Shown: positions 21,001 to 31,390, numbered from the stretch's first letter. The stretch is 64,000 nucleotides of DNA from Hydrolagus colliei (GCA_035084275.1 CM068749.1:12648001-12712000); one strand, 5' to 3'. Program-made: numbers and translations. Notes: generated from the sequence alone by a model not told the origin.

Positions 21001-23097
21001 TGAATCTTCCAAGCTCAATTATAATAATAATCCTTGCATATGTACAGTGCCTTTCACGTCAGAAAGACATCTCAAGATTTTTATGAAGTGGAATGACTGT
21101 ATGTTTGTAGGCAAATGCGGCAGTCAAGTTGCATACGGAAATGTCACAAATAGCCATGGAGTGAATGACCTGAAAAGTGTGGGGGAGTGGGACTGATTGG
21201 GTAGCTGTTCCAAAGAGCTGGCACAGGCATGATGGGCTGAATGATCACCTTCTGTGATGTAATATTCTATGATTCTAGGAGGGAAAAAGATGAGAGGTTG
21301 AAGAGGTAAATTTAAAAGTGGGGAAGTAGGGTCAAAGATTAGAATGGGAGCAGAATGACTGAAAGCTTGTCCATTGAGGGTGTGAGCAGATCAGGTGGCC
21401 AACAGATGGACATAAAGCTGGCCGATGTCTGTTGAGTGGAGTAATGTCTGGCTCCGTATGGGCTTGTGTGATAAACAACATCTCGTGGTCCGAGATTAGT
21501 TACTGAGGCTACATTTATTTCTTTCAGAGAAAAGAAGCTCGTAAAGTTCATCAGTACCATTATCACAAGTGGACTGACTCAGACCTTCCCGAGGATCCCA
21601 GCAGTTTCATCAAGATGATAAGGACCTTGAAGGAAAAGCTGCCAAAGCACAATGGGCCCAACAGAGCCATTGTGCCACCCATTGTAGTGCACTGCAGGTA
21701 ACCCTTTCCTCTGCAAGTTAAACCCTGTACTGATTCTCATTGTATTCATGGTGTTGCTCATGCTATATTGAGCACCAGATTGATGTGCAATGTGAGCAGG
21801 CAACAGGCCCGCCATCCTGTTTCTCTTGGATTAGTGTCAAGGTTGCCCTCAGCTGAAATCTGAAACCAGGTCAAATTTATGTCCTGAATATTTCTTCCCA
21901 TTGCTGGTTCAAATCAACTTTTAGACTCCATTTTTCATTTTATTATTTAAAAGGTATCCTCTGATCCCATACTGCAGATATAATATATGTACCTATTGGA
22001 AAATATTGTCCTTATGTTACGAATGATGGGAAGGATGCTATAATGCAGCCATTGATTATGACCAGTAACCACATTGTACAAGAATGTATGGTAGGAATCG
22101 GAACATATGTTTTAATGTAAAGATGCATCTTAACTTTGTTGTACATTAAAATTCTGATTCCTTACAGTGACGGAGGCAAGCTATCGGGAATGTTCTGTGC
22201 TCTGTGGAACCTCCTGGACAGTGCAGATACTGAAAATGTAATAGATGTTTTCTACGCGGTCAAATTACTGCGTAAACAGCGGTTAGGAATGATCCCTACC
22301 CTCGTAAGTAGCACAGTCCACATATTTGTCTCAACTGGTTAGATACCAGCACACCTAGTCTTCATTGCACTACACCCAAATGCATCATATTTAGATGTAT
22401 CCATGCAGAGACTCTCAAGACTGCCAAATATAAAATTTTAATAAAAAGAATCACTTTACACAAATCAATTTGTTCACCAAATTGCTTTCTAATTCCCTAA
22501 TGAATTTGAGAACACAATTTGACTAATTCAACATGGACATCAGCCGCTGTGTCAAGTAATTAAGACATCTTCTCTCTCCCGAACTGAGTGTGTATATCTA
22601 CTTGTTCCAAATGCATCATTTTGGTTTAGTTTATCTGCATTATTTGGGATCTTAAATACATCAGTAAGATCTTCCACAAGATTGTTTTTCTTTAGAAAAT
22701 GCTCCTTATCATTGAAGGGAAGGGGGAATTTAAAGGAAGTAAAAGATAATAAAAATTGAAAGAGAAAAATATCAACTAACTTTTGTTTGATTCTGTGTTT
22801 TATTTGTTTGTTTCATAGGGGCAATTTGAGTTCCTGTATGATACCATTGCCAGCATTTATCCAGTACAGAATGGGACATTAAAATCCAGTGAAAGCTCCC
22901 TGCAGACCACTGTAGAAATAATCGCTGAATCTCCTCTTGAAGAATCTAAACTAGATGCTGCACCGATTTCAGACGAAAAAAGCAAAGAGGTTTCTGCAGT
23001 TTCTGCAGAGGAAAAGAAGCCAGAGTTTGACAGCACTAACCAGCAACCAGCAGAGAATCCTGTTAATGGACCATTAACTGCCACTGCAAACGAGTGA
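1..23097 (+). CDS. PTPRC: PTPRC / CD45 receptor-type tyrosine phosphatase, 5'-partial multi-exon gene (22 coding exons in window, ~882 aa)
   Basis: Hand-spliced GT-AG exons join in one open frame: 1-27, 1599-1763, 3097-3305, 3381-3441, 4446-4554, 5639-5673, 5758-5867, 8114-8204, 9553-9629, 9920-9956, 10080-10177, 11038-11163, 11296-11453, 12391-12526, 13400-13549, 14729-14816, 16112-16245, 16858-16992, 17280-17399, 21528-21697, 22168-22303, 22819-23097. CD45-diagnostic features: [36 protein letters not shown]2 acidic insert, tandem PTP domains. Confidence 0.97.
105..645 (+). mobile_element. Old Deu-domain SINE (SacSINE1/AmnSINE1-like), degraded
   Basis: ggctcagttgg head, cttcagatgagatgtt...aaaatcccatggcactattgaa Deu core, L2-like tail gtgaaaggcactata...attatta. 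Confidence 0.65.
680..1035 (-). mobile_element. Deu-domain SINE, degraded
   Basis: Reverse complement of the Deu core: atagtgccacgggatctttaacattcac...gggaccttggtttaacatctcat. Confidence 0.7.
1599..1763 (+). CDS. PTPRC: PTPRC ectodomain FN3 exon ([55 protein letters not shown])
   Basis: Acceptor tttctttcttttacag, donor A|GTAAGT, phase 1-1; FN3-type L-P-Y-x-x-Y motif; N-glycosylation sequons. Confidence 0.85.
2450..2685 (-). mobile_element. Deu-domain SINE, degraded
   Basis: aatagtgccatggcatctttaacatccacctgaataggcaggtgggacctcagtttaatatttcatccgaatg, followed by the reverse tRNA-like head. Confidence 0.72.
3097..3305 (+). CDS. PTPRC: PTPRC membrane-proximal FN3 exon (PGNVSCQRP...PEDINGP...[13 protein letters not shown])
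   Basis: Acceptor ttttttcctaaag, donor GAG|GTAATT; NGP and L-x-Y-x-T-x-Y FN3 motifs as in the last CD45 FN3 domain. Confidence 0.9.
3381..3441 (+). CDS. PTPRC: PTPRC FN3 end/stalk exon ([20 protein letters not shown])
   Basis: Acceptor tcttttag, donor T|GTAAGT; frame-consistent. Confidence 0.88.
3790..3902 (-). mobile_element. tRNA-derived SINE, 5' part (short subfamily)
   Basis: Reverse complement of the head seen at 5259 (gagcactcgtcttacaagcgagagacttggattcaattcc...gtttccttacaccaca). Confidence 0.75.
4446..4554 (+). CDS. PTPRC: PTPRC transmembrane exon ([36 protein letters not shown])
   Basis: Hydrophobic helix closely resembling the mammalian CD45 TM ([21 protein letters not shown]); AG/GT boundaries. 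Confidence 0.96.
5259..5554 (+). mobile_element. Full-length tRNA-derived SINE with Deu-like body and L2-like tail (short subfamily)
   Basis: A-box tagctcagtgg, anticodon-like arm cttgc-cttgcaa-gcgag, B-box gattcaattcc, body gtttgtgggacactgctgtgcgc, tail gatgtgaaaaccgctatatcaaatgcaagg(att)n; many paralogues in window. Confidence 0.9.
5639..5673 (+). CDS. PTPRC: PTPRC 35-bp juxtamembrane exon ([11 protein letters not shown])
   Basis: Phase 2-1 micro-exon required to join the TM exon to the wedge exon; AG/GT boundaries. Confidence 0.88.
5758..5867 (+). CDS. PTPRC: PTPRC wedge-region exon ([37 protein letters not shown])
   Basis: Close match to the CD45 DDEKQLMNVEPI...RLFLAEFQ segment. Confidence 0.96.
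5883..6243 (+). mobile_element. tRNA-derived SINE (long subfamily)
   Basis: Same head and tail as 5259, plus an extra internal block ctctgcttacctagcagtaagtaggaacc...ccaggg. Confidence 0.85.
6290..6505 (+). mobile_element. SINE 3' half whose tail is interrupted by a 61-bp antisense L2 tail (6432-6492, TSD TATCAA)
   Basis: Body gttgtgggacattgctgtgtgtaaattggctgc; TATCAA at 6426-6431 and 6493-6498 flanks a reverse L2 3' end. Confidence 0.7.
6508..7415. mobile_element. Non-autonomous Tc1/mariner (pogo/Tigger-like) DNA transposon with internal CT/CA/GA simple repeats
   Basis: TA|CAGTAAAAGCCTGTTTATCCGG ... CGGATAAATGGACTTTTACTG|TA terminal inverted repeats with TA duplication; second copy at 41517. 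Confidence 0.85.
6750..7205. repeat. CT-rich, (CA)n and GA-rich low-complexity tracts inside the MITE
   Basis: Directly visible; explains the spurious ORFs 6844..7374 and 7057..7251. Confidence 0.9.
8114..8204 (+). CDS. PTPRC: PTPRC D1 exon ([30 protein letters not shown])
   Basis: KNRY pTyr-recognition motif; donor T|GTAAGT. Confidence 0.96.
9553..9629 (+). CDS. PTPRC: PTPRC D1 exon ([26 protein letters not shown])
   Basis: DxxRV and DYINAS PTP motifs. Confidence 0.96.
9920..9956 (+). CDS. PTPRC: PTPRC D1 exon ([12 protein letters not shown])
   Basis: YIAAQG motif; AG/GT boundaries. Confidence 0.95.
10080..10177 (+). CDS. PTPRC: PTPRC D1 exon ([33 protein letters not shown])
   Basis: DFWxMVWEQ and IVMVT motifs. 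Confidence 0.97.
10509..10845 (+). mobile_element. tRNA-derived SINE (long subfamily)
   Basis: gctcagtggttagagcacttgcc head, internal tacctagcagtaagcaggaaccc block, tail gcaaggattattatt. Confidence 0.85.
11038..11163 (+). CDS. PTPRC: PTPRC D1 exon ([42 protein letters not shown])
   Basis: KCxxYWP motif; donor C|GTAAGT. Confidence 0.96.
11296..11453 (+). CDS. PTPRC: PTPRC D1 exon ([52 protein letters not shown])
   Basis: WPDHGVP loop and the first half of the HCSAG signature. Confidence 0.97.
12001..12280 (+). mobile_element. tRNA-derived SINE (long subfamily), 3' part replaced by an inverted tail
   Basis: Head and internal block on + to ~12245, then aatccttgcattggatatacc..., the reverse complement of the SINE tail. 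Confidence 0.75.
12391..12526 (+). CDS. PTPRC: PTPRC D1 exon ([46 protein letters not shown])
   Basis: Completes the catalytic [10 protein letters not shown] motif and the Q-loop. Confidence 0.97.
12535..13375 (+). mobile_element. L2 LINE fragments (degraded ORF2)
   Basis: Translations [33 protein letters not shown] and [13 protein letters not shown]; C/T-rich sense strand. Confidence 0.85.
13400..13549 (+). CDS. PTPRC: PTPRC D1 end/interdomain exon ([26 protein letters not shown]...SLLDAEFQ)
   Basis: QYILIHQAL and G(E/D)TE linker typical of CD45. Confidence 0.96.
13585..13703 (+). mobile_element. SINE 3' fragment
   Basis: cacaaatatacagtcaattcactttacagta...atcaaatgcaaggatttattatta. Confidence 0.8.
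14729..14816 (+). CDS. PTPRC: PTPRC D2 exon ([29 protein letters not shown])
   Basis: Acceptor tctttcag, donor T|GTGAGT; degenerate KNRx motif of D2. Not in the ORF track. Confidence 0.93.
16112..16245 (+). CDS. PTPRC: PTPRC D2 acidic-insert exon ([45 protein letters not shown])
   Basis: CD45-specific acidic insert between NRV and YINAS. Confidence 0.97.
16858..16992 (+). CDS. PTPRC: PTPRC D2 exon ([45 protein letters not shown])
   Basis: DFWQM and IVML motifs. Confidence 0.96.
17280..17399 (+). CDS. PTPRC: PTPRC D2 exon ([40 protein letters not shown])
   Basis: YWGE motif as in CD45 D2; AG/GT boundaries, phase 0-0. Confidence 0.93.
17521..19703 (+). mobile_element. CR1 LINE, 5'-truncated ~2.2 kb, RT pseudogene with stops and frameshifts, in a PTPRC intron
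   Basis: [78 protein letters not shown]; 3' (tattcttatg)-type tail. Confidence 0.95.
19770..20070 (+). mobile_element. Deu-domain SINE, degraded
   Basis: gggagcactatattgtcggaggtt...gatgaagggttaaa...aatcccgtgacacta; tgcgacattggtgtttgtaaattg. Confidence 0.55.
21180..21278 (+). mobile_element. CR1 3' end fragment
   Basis: ggcacaggcatgatgggctgaatg...ttctgtgatgtaatattctatgattcta tail. Confidence 0.7.
21528..21697 (+). CDS. PTPRC: PTPRC D2 exon ([56 protein letters not shown])
   Basis: Degenerate WPD loop and IVVHC; phase-2 donor AG|GTAACC. Confidence 0.95.
22168..22303 (+). CDS. PTPRC: PTPRC D2 exon ([46 protein letters not shown])
   Basis: Degenerate P-loop [10 protein letters not shown]; FCALxNLLxSA motif of CD45 D2. 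Confidence 0.96.
22819..23097 (+). CDS. PTPRC: PTPRC terminal coding exon ([19 protein letters not shown]...[12 protein letters not shown])
   Basis: FLYD...YPxQNG as in CD45; acidic tail ending with VNGP; tandem TGA TGA stops. Confidence 0.95.
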   Translation, partial: GQFEFLYDTIASIYPVQNGTLKSSESSLQTTVEIIAESPLEESKLDAAPISDEKSKEVSAVSAEEKKPEFDSTNQQPAENPVNGPLTATANE

Positions 23098-23880
23098 TGA
23101 AAATTTGAGCTCAAAAAGTGTAACTACTAATGTTCCATTTTTGTATTTCAAAGAGATATATGCCGTGTAGATTTTAATTGTCAGATGTTAAATTTCATTT
23201 TCACATGTACAAAATTTATGGTGATACAATTATGTGGGCTTTTTTACTGGAAATTTTGTAAAATTTGTGTTTGATTAGACACTCTCACATGAAAGAGTAT
23301 ATTCTTGAACATCAGTACGAATGTATTGTAATGGGAAAAAGATGGTGTTTTAGGTAATTTAAAATTCAATTGAGATGCTTTTAGGATTTGGAGATGAGTT
23401 CAGTATCTCCAAAATTAAAAACAGGAAAAAAAAAGAGACTTTTTAAAACTTTTTCATTCATAAAGCTAAATGCAATACTTGCTTCTGAAATGTATTTGTA
23501 TGTGTGTAAGTTGAGCTAAAACGTAATGGTATTTTAAAATGTGATTTTTTTCATTGAATGCACAGGAAGTTGAAGGAAATTAATGTGTTTGTCAGATCTG
23601 TTTTGTTTGTTCTTCCAGTGTTACTGAAAGCATACTATTTTTGTGATGCTGCAATTTTATACTGTATTTTGCAATTTATTTTTATAATTCTGTCCTTAAA
23701 ATCTATGTTGATCCATTGAAGGTATTGTACAGTGATATATTTAACTACCTGAACTTATTTCCCACCAACAGTGGTGAGTAGACCAAATTGATTTCCGGTT
23801 TAGCAGGCAGTGAATTGATTGAACAGATCAGTCAGTGGATTGTCTTTTGTAAATAAAATAGCATAGGTCTTACAAATACA
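23098..23880 (+). other. PTPRC 3' UTR (AU-rich) with candidate poly(A) signal AATAAA at 23852-23857 (second at 23962-23967)
   Basis: Repeat-free, U-rich stretch after the stop codon; AATAAA hexamers seen directly. Cleavage site is inferred. Confidence 0.55.
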
Positions 23881-24048
23881 AACCAAACGTGGCCTATTAT
23901 GCGTGCTGTAAAATCTAAGATGGTTTCACGATTACGTCAGGCTACTTCGAGCACAATTGAAAATAAAGTAAGCACACTGGTAGCTCCAGAAAAGAGCATT
24001 CGGGATCAGTTGGATAGAGATGGAAATCATAATGACAAAGGCATATAC

Positions 24049-24290
24049 AACAATAACAAAAAAAAAATCATTTTTGAGCGCCTTTCACGTTGGGAGGACA
24101 TCCGAAGGCACTGAACAGTTAGGTCGGGACACAAGCAGTGGGGGAAGGGTCGGGGCAGGGGGAAGGAGAGTAGGAAAGGGGGGAGAGTTAGGAGGGCAGC
24201 AGAAGGCACAGTAGAAGAGGAAGGACTTGAGTCCGGCCTTGAAGGAGGAAAGGGAGGAAGCGAGGTGAAGAGACTGCAGGATGGAGTTGG
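24049..24290 (-). mobile_element. L2 LINE 3' fragment
   Basis: gcgcctttcacgttgggaggacatccgaaggcactgaacag is the reverse L2 3' end. Confidence 0.8.
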
Positions 24291-26924
24291 ACAGATTGAT
24301 TCAGATAGATTGGGATCTGGAGAGTTTCAACCCAAGTCGTGGCAGACTCATTGTGTTTGATTCTGGGGTTGGTTGAACTGGTTTAAAACGTTGGTCTGAC
24401 ACTTTACAAACCTCGTCATTACTTTCCAGCTGAATGTATGAGGATGGAAAGTCACATGGTCAGATTGCGATGAAGATCCCCTCACCAAGTCATTGCTGGA
24501 ACAACAATTTTAAGGTTTAAGGAACCCCTCTTCAAGCATCAGTAGATCATCGGTAGCAAATGAGAAATTTGGAATAACTTGGCTACAGCTGCAGAGTTTA
24601 ATAGACTCTTCATCTTCCCATTGCTGCGGGCAGTAGATTACTATTTACTATTTATGGTTATCTGAATGAGGATTTGTTTGGGCTGTAGATGTTGGTCAAT
24701 ATGTTGTACAAGTATTTCAAAGCAGTATTTTTTTTCATCACTCAATGTAAACTGTTTCTGAGATCAGGTTAACTAGAACTAAATGAATTGTGTGTTTGCC
24801 AGTCTCTGTAGGAGTTGTGTGCTTGTAGAGAAGTTCTCTTCATAGGACGGAAACTTGAACACAGAATGTTTTTTTTAATGTTCCTGTCAAAAGCTAAGAA
24901 GCAATGTTCCTGGCTTTACAGTTTAGAGATGTAGAAACCAGAAATCTGTTTGGTCTGTGTGGTTGGGTCTGCGCCCAGTGAGTTAATGTAAGATGATTTG
25001 CTATTTGAAATGTGAATATCAATTCCAATGCTTATTTTTCTTGTGCACTTTTTTTCCCACAAAGTATTGTGTTTTTAAAAACATTTGAGAATAAAAGATA
25101 GAATATAGGCATTTTTGTAACAATGGTCTTTTTGAATAAATGAAAAATGCTCTGAGTGGGTGCAGACTCAATGGGCCAAATGGCCACATTGCGGATTTCT
25201 ACGTTTGAAATAAAGGTAAAGGTAAAAACATGGTAAAGGTTTAATTAGTGTCGGCTCCAGGGTAAGTCAATAGAGCAAGTAAAATACTAAACAGGAAAAG
25301 CCCAATACTGACTAGTCACAAGATAACTCCTGTCATGAACGACAGTCTATCCAAGGGAATCATCTGCAAATATGGGACGTTGTAGGTTCTGCATAATACA
25401 ATTTAAATTTAGATAATGCTTTTCACATCAGGAGAATGTCTTAAAAGTACTTTACACAGCTTACTGGCAGCTGTGGGTGTTGGGGAGGGAACTGAAGTGG
25501 GTGTGGAGGAAAGATAACTACAATTGAAAAGATAGGTTTTAAGAATGTCTAGTCTACCAGAGTAGCTTGCATGCCACTTTGGTGTTGTACAGGGGGTGGA
25601 AATGCTGTATTTGTTCATGGAGCAACAACTTTCCTTTTTTACAACACCTTCCATGTGGACATGATTGAGGATTTCTGCAGTTGTAGCGAGAAGTTGTGGG
25701 TGATGCTACAGAGCTAGAATAACTTTTCTGTCTGTTGCTAATTCAGCATCATTTGTATCCGACAATGTGAGCTTTTCATTTGATTGGGTAGATTTTTTCA
25801 TAGTTTCCAGTTAAATCTGAATTTATAATATTGTCCAAGTCAAGATCCAGAGCAAAATATTACCATGTGTTGCATGTGACTGAACTAAAATCCTTTAAAA
25901 GTTTTTTTCTTTGTATTACTAACCAGCTTTAGTTACAACAGTCCGTGGAGGATTTCAATTGGCAAAGTTATTAATTTGTCAAAAACAACACAACAAATCA
26001 GGTTCAATGATACAAGCAAACAAATCTGCAAAAGAGATTCAAAACATCTACAACTGTGTTCTTCGAAAGAAATGTTAAATGAATAGAGAACTGGTTTGCT
26101 GATCATGGAATACTATTAAATCCCTAAAATTTCCATAATTTGTGACTCAAATGTGCTCATCACACTGCCTTTATATTGCAAGATAGGAATCAGCTTTTGC
26201 TGCTTTGTCTTGTTAATGGGTTGGGAAAAACTTGCTACCTTGGCATATATTGCTTCCACTTAATGATATCTATTAAAGACACCTGTTTCCAGTTATAAAA
26301 TACCCAGCTTCTCTCAATGAAAATCAGATCTGAAGGAGCATTTTTGTTTTTCTCTACTTTGTTCTCTTAGAGCTGCAGCAACCACACAATGGTGAATCTT
26401 CAAAGAAGAGAGATGTGAACTAATGAAAACCAGTGCAGGTTAGTTTAATGGTTACTTGTAGGCAATGTTATATGTATTGGCTGAATTTGCACTGTTCTGG
26501 TTGAGCAGAGGTATACTCTGAGAAGGGAAGAGTGCAAGGGGTGAAAAGTGGAGCAGGATGGTCAATCCAGAGTTTTTGTTTCATTGCCCAAGGAGATCAG
26601 GTACTATCTGTGGCATGACATTTACCATCTAGCTCATGAAGCGGATGGGTGGATGATGATTTTTGTGCATTTTATGGAAGAAGCTGGTTAGCTGGACTGA
26701 ATTGACTTTATTCATTTTAAAGCTTTATGTTCTCTCAAATTTTGTTACAGTTTGCCATGCAATTTCACATCTTGCTGAATAAAGCAAACAAAAGCAAAAT
26801 ATCCATCAGAAAAAAGAATGCATATTTATCATAACCAATACTGTTTGTGCCTTTTCAAACAGTGCTCGGAAATGAAATAAATTGCTTTCAGTCTCTCTGC
26901 GTCTATACTTTGGAACTGTATCCT

Positions 26925-27127
26925 TGCTCCCTTCTTTGCCTCTTTCAAGGCTGATCTCAAAACCCTCCTTTTCAACCATGCCTCCATCCTCCATCCTACC
27001 TCTTTGACCCCCTCATCCCAATCCTGCTCCTCTCCCATTCATGCTCGGGTCCTGACCCCAGACTGTTCACCGCCTTGGGAATTCCTAACAACTTGAAAGG
27101 CGCTGTACAAATGTAATGTTGTTTTGC
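26925..27127 (+). mobile_element. L2 LINE 3' fragment
   Basis: ttcaaggctgatctcaaaaccctccttttcaacc...tgaaaggcgctgtacaaatgtaatgttgtt. Confidence 0.8.
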
Positions 27128-27129
27128 TG

Positions 27130-27410
27130 AGACTCGAAGGAATATATCCTCTGCTTTAGAGGGAAAGTGCTTTGTATTCTGGATGAGACGATCCATCTTC
27201 AGATGGATATATGTAAAGAGAAGGGAGTTTCTTCCAGTGCCCTGGTCAATATATTCTCCAGATAGATCAATCCTTTGATGCCTTTATCCTTTGGTAGGAC
27301 TTTGTTGTGTGCAAAATGGTTGGTGCTTTGCCTGCAAAACTCGTCAGTGCACTCGAGAGTAATTACTGCAAAGAGCTTTGAAACAAGGTGTAATAAAAAT
27401 GCTAACTCTG
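27130..27410 (+). mobile_element. Deu-domain SINE remnant
   Basis: ggatgagacg, gggagtttcttccagtgccctggtcaatatt, ttgtgtgcaaaatggttg. Confidence 0.55.
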
Positions 27411-30302
27411 TTACAATATTCAAAGTGCACTAATTTGGGTGACATCATAGTATTTCATTTTACCAGCTCCGTGTGCCACAGGTCATATATTTTCACCTGG
27501 ACCTTTTCATATGGTGATGTGGTGGTTGTCACAACATGGGGGAAATCACAGGAGCTGTTGTAAATTATGCCTACAGGTGTTTAATAGCTTAGTAATGTTG
27601 GTAGCAACAATTGCTGACTCGGAGCCATTGCTCAGGAGGGTTGTATGTGTGTAAAGGTCAAAACTTTTAATAGGTGAATGCTGCACTTTGGATTACAATT
27701 TCAGTTTATGGTAATAAGTAGTTGTTTGGGGAAATCTTTACAATAACTTTCATTTTAGGTATGTTTATAGCTTGCTTTTCTGTATCTAACTGGGTTCACA
27801 ATACGCCATTCGGAAATCTTTTAATTCCAAGCACATACTACATGAGCTTCTGAAAATCAAAAAGAAATGTATGTGCTTATTTCTGTGAGACTCGCTTGTT
27901 TATTTCAGCAGTGTGCTTGCTGTTTGTCAAAGATTCAGTGTGTTTATAATGGCTAGGTCTGGACTAACAAGTCTTATTAGGGGCCTCGAGGGAGAACCCA
28001 GTAATTTACAGGAATAACCTAACCGATCTCTTGATCTGTTTATACAAATCAATGAGTAAAAATCCCTGCTATGCTGTACATTACTATTCACTAGGAACAC
28101 AGAAAATGAGCCCACTGGGCAGAAGCAGAAAAAGCTAATATCATGTCACTGTTAACAGTGGTTGACAAAGTGCCGATCATTACCTGGAACTGCAATGGAT
28201 ATGGAGCGAGCTTGCTCCCCTATGTCTTATTGTATTTTATCATCCTCTATTTGAAAGAAAATCCAGGATAGTAAATGTAAATCAAAACTATCCCTATTTT
28301 TAAGCCACAAATGCCCGGGTTTCCTCTATCAATCTGCTTTTCATTCAAGAGTCTTAAGTCAGCACCTTGGGAAATCCTCCCATTGTGAAAGGCGCTATAC
28401 AAATGTTACTTTTGCTTTTAGATATGACTTGTAGGTATACACTGTATATTGTTTGAAGAGAATTATTCTTATCCTATGTTTGAAGTAGTATCTTTAAAAT
28501 GTATTCTAGGTATGTTTGTGCATGTGCCTGTTTCAATATCAAGGTGAACAGGGCGGTCCTTTTAGTTCTGGTATCAATTAGAAGGCCAAGAAGTCACTGC
28601 ATTTTAGCTATTTGATAACTGAAAATGGTCCATTTAAATTTCACAAGGCTGTGCAATGGTGGAATTACAATGCACCTGAGACTACCGACAACAGAACTCT
28701 AGCAGGATTCTTGCTCCCTGAGATCCTACATATTCTCTACATTGTGGCCCCAAATTAATGATTCATTGCCAAAAGAAACGTGCATATGTGGCATGCATGT
28801 TTGCACACAACTGGTGGAGAAATAGAACTTGATGTGTAGGATTCTCCAGTCTCTCCTCTGGTGCAGGATTTTATTTTAAGTCTATGCAATATGGTGAAGG
28901 ATCAAAAACCTTTCAGTTTCTTTTAATGATCTCTTGTAATCTTTGACCTTCAAAAGCCTTCAGAGACGACCGCTAGAATCCAGGAGCCCAGCAGGATGTT
29001 GGGAATCATTTCAGAAATTAGAGAACAGGTAATCAAGCTTCACAATCTGAACATTTAACTGTAAAAGGGAACTGACATTGTCGAGCATTAGTTGTGCTCA
29101 ATTAGTATCAAGCCTCATTATGAGAACAGAAGAGTGTATGATCATTAGGGAGGGGGAAGGAGAGAGGTTGTAATAGGCACTTTCACTGATGTGCAACTTG
29201 GACAGAAAGAGAGGATGAGACAGAATGGTGGAGTTTCAGAGGTTAGCAGTAAAGGAACTGAAAGCACTTTGTACACTTGATCTCAATGTGCCTAACATTG
29301 TGCTTTAATATTTATAGTGGATGCTTGCATTGCAATGTGCATTCATTATATCTTTGTGACTCTATTTATCCTTCATAGCGTATTATTTAACTTGACTTTG
29401 AAATAAAAGTTTTTGTGTTCTTTTTGGAAATTTCAAAACACTGTCATGAACTGGCAAGTTTTGAATTGGACACTTCTCCCTTTGAAAAATTGCACTGAGG
29501 ATATTGGGCTTGTGAAGTTATACTTATTGTACATCAATCTTCCTCCCAAAATCAAGTACTGCTTCCTCTTGCGATGGGCGTTAACAGCGTCTTGGTATTT
29601 GATGCAACTGGTCAAGTCAAAGGCCTTAAGGAAAGGCACAGCACAAAGTTCTTCATGTGACCTTGCCCAAGCAATTTTTAACGCATCCAGGAAATGCAGA
29701 ACAAATTCTGAAATGGCTTCTGTATAATTAGAAAACTGCTTCAAAAATTGGAAGGATTTTCTTGAATTTTAAAGAATGCCAGTTTCGCAATTTCTTCTCT
29801 CTTTGCCATTTAGGGGTAAAATGGAACAAAGCAGAAAGAATTCCCTGCTGCTGAGAGTAATTTCCAGCACATCAGATAAGGTTGAGTTTTCCCTTTTTAC
29901 TTCAAGCGAAAATGGCTAACTAATAAAACCTGGCACAAATATGAAAACACTCTTATATGTCAAGTAGAGACATTTGGCAGCTTTTGCGTGCAATTTGAGG
30001 AGAATGGATAGTTGAGTCAAATTGTCCCTTCTCCTTTTATGTCTGCATTTGTCATCCTTCCCCTTTTATATCTACACCCTCTCCTTCCCCATCTTTGCAG
30101 TGCCTAGAAATGAGAACACATCATATAGTAACAGTCATTCTTACATTCAACATAAGAACCTGAAACACTATTGTGATGCCTCAAAGTGCTTCACAGGATT
30201 TACTGTAATGTAGTGACTACATTTAGAGGCAGAATATTTGGCAGCCAATTTGTCCCACAGCCATAAAGTGAATTCTTAATTTTATCTCGCGAATTATTGG
30301 GC

Positions 30303-30690
30303 AACAACGACAAAATTATAATGGTAGAGTGCCTTTCACATCTAGAGGATGTCGCATGACACTGAACAGTGGTAGGAGGATGGCTGAATGTACAATCAAA
30401 GGAGGATCGAGTCAGACCTTGAACGAGGCAAGGGGGGAGCAAGGTGAAGGGATTGTGGGATGGAATTCCAAAGCATGGGGCAGAGAGGCTGAAAGCCCAG
30501 CCACTGATGGTCGGCGGGGACATGGAGCAGGCCAGAGCCTGCTGAACAAGGGAGCAGACAGGTTGATAGGGGATCAGCAGATCGGGCAGGTAGAAGGGGC
30601 AAGGCCTTGGAGGGTCTTGAAAGTGAGGATGAGGATTTAGAATTGTATCCTCGGAGGGATGGAGAGCCAATGGAACCAGGTGAGGGTTTG
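30303..30690 (-). mobile_element. L2 LINE 3' fragment
   Basis: The reverse strand encodes a WNSIPQSL-type L2 ORF2 end; the L2 tail is at the left. Confidence 0.85.
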
Positions 30691-30770
30691 GGAGTGATAG
30701 GGTAATGTCTATTGCATTTGCTTTAGATGCTGTCAGCACGGAAGAACTTCAAAACCCTGCACACATATAA

Positions 30771-31041
30771 CCTGTGTTTCGAATCCAGGCAGATCAGGGC
30801 GAAACATTGGGCAAGTTTCCTTACTGCACACGCCTAATAATACTCTATCCCCCAAAAAAACACAATAATAAAATTGGTCATTTCAATCCACAACTGTTTG
30901 TGGGACACTGCTGTGCGCAATTTGCTGCCGTGTTTTGCCCACAAATATACAGTCAATTCACTTTACAGTATATCTGTAAAGCGCTTTGAGACGTTGATAA
31001 GATGTGAAAAGCGCTATATCGAATGCAAGGATTATTATTAT
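30771..31041 (+). mobile_element. tRNA-derived SINE, 5'-clipped (short subfamily)
   Basis: B-box gtttcgaatcc, body and tail very similar to the 5259 copy. Confidence 0.88.
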
Positions 31042-31229
31042 AACTATGTACAAACAAATAGGCACAAATATGATCCCACAAATGCAAAGCAAGCTGTTTT
31101 GACAGTAGAAAAGCTTTTCCGGATCTCTTGCTTTTATGTTGAGACTGACTACATTTTTACTGTTTCATTCAATGCTACCAAGAAAAATTAATTGTGGACA
31201 GGAAAACATTTCCGTGTGTGGAGAAAGCT

Positions 31230-31345
31230 ACAGAGGTATACGGGGAAAAGAACAGGTCAAGAGTCAGAAAGGATTGCTCTTAAAAGAAAGCACAGATGTG
31301 ATGGACTATATAGCCATCTGCGCTGTAAATGTCTATGATTCTATG
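31230..31345 (+). mobile_element. CR1 3' end fragment
   Basis: gcacagatgtgatggact...ctgtaaatgtctatgattctatg tail. Confidence 0.6.
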
Positions 31346-31390
31346 GGTTCATGCCCCATGTCACACATCACTATGAAGTCTGGGTTTCAT

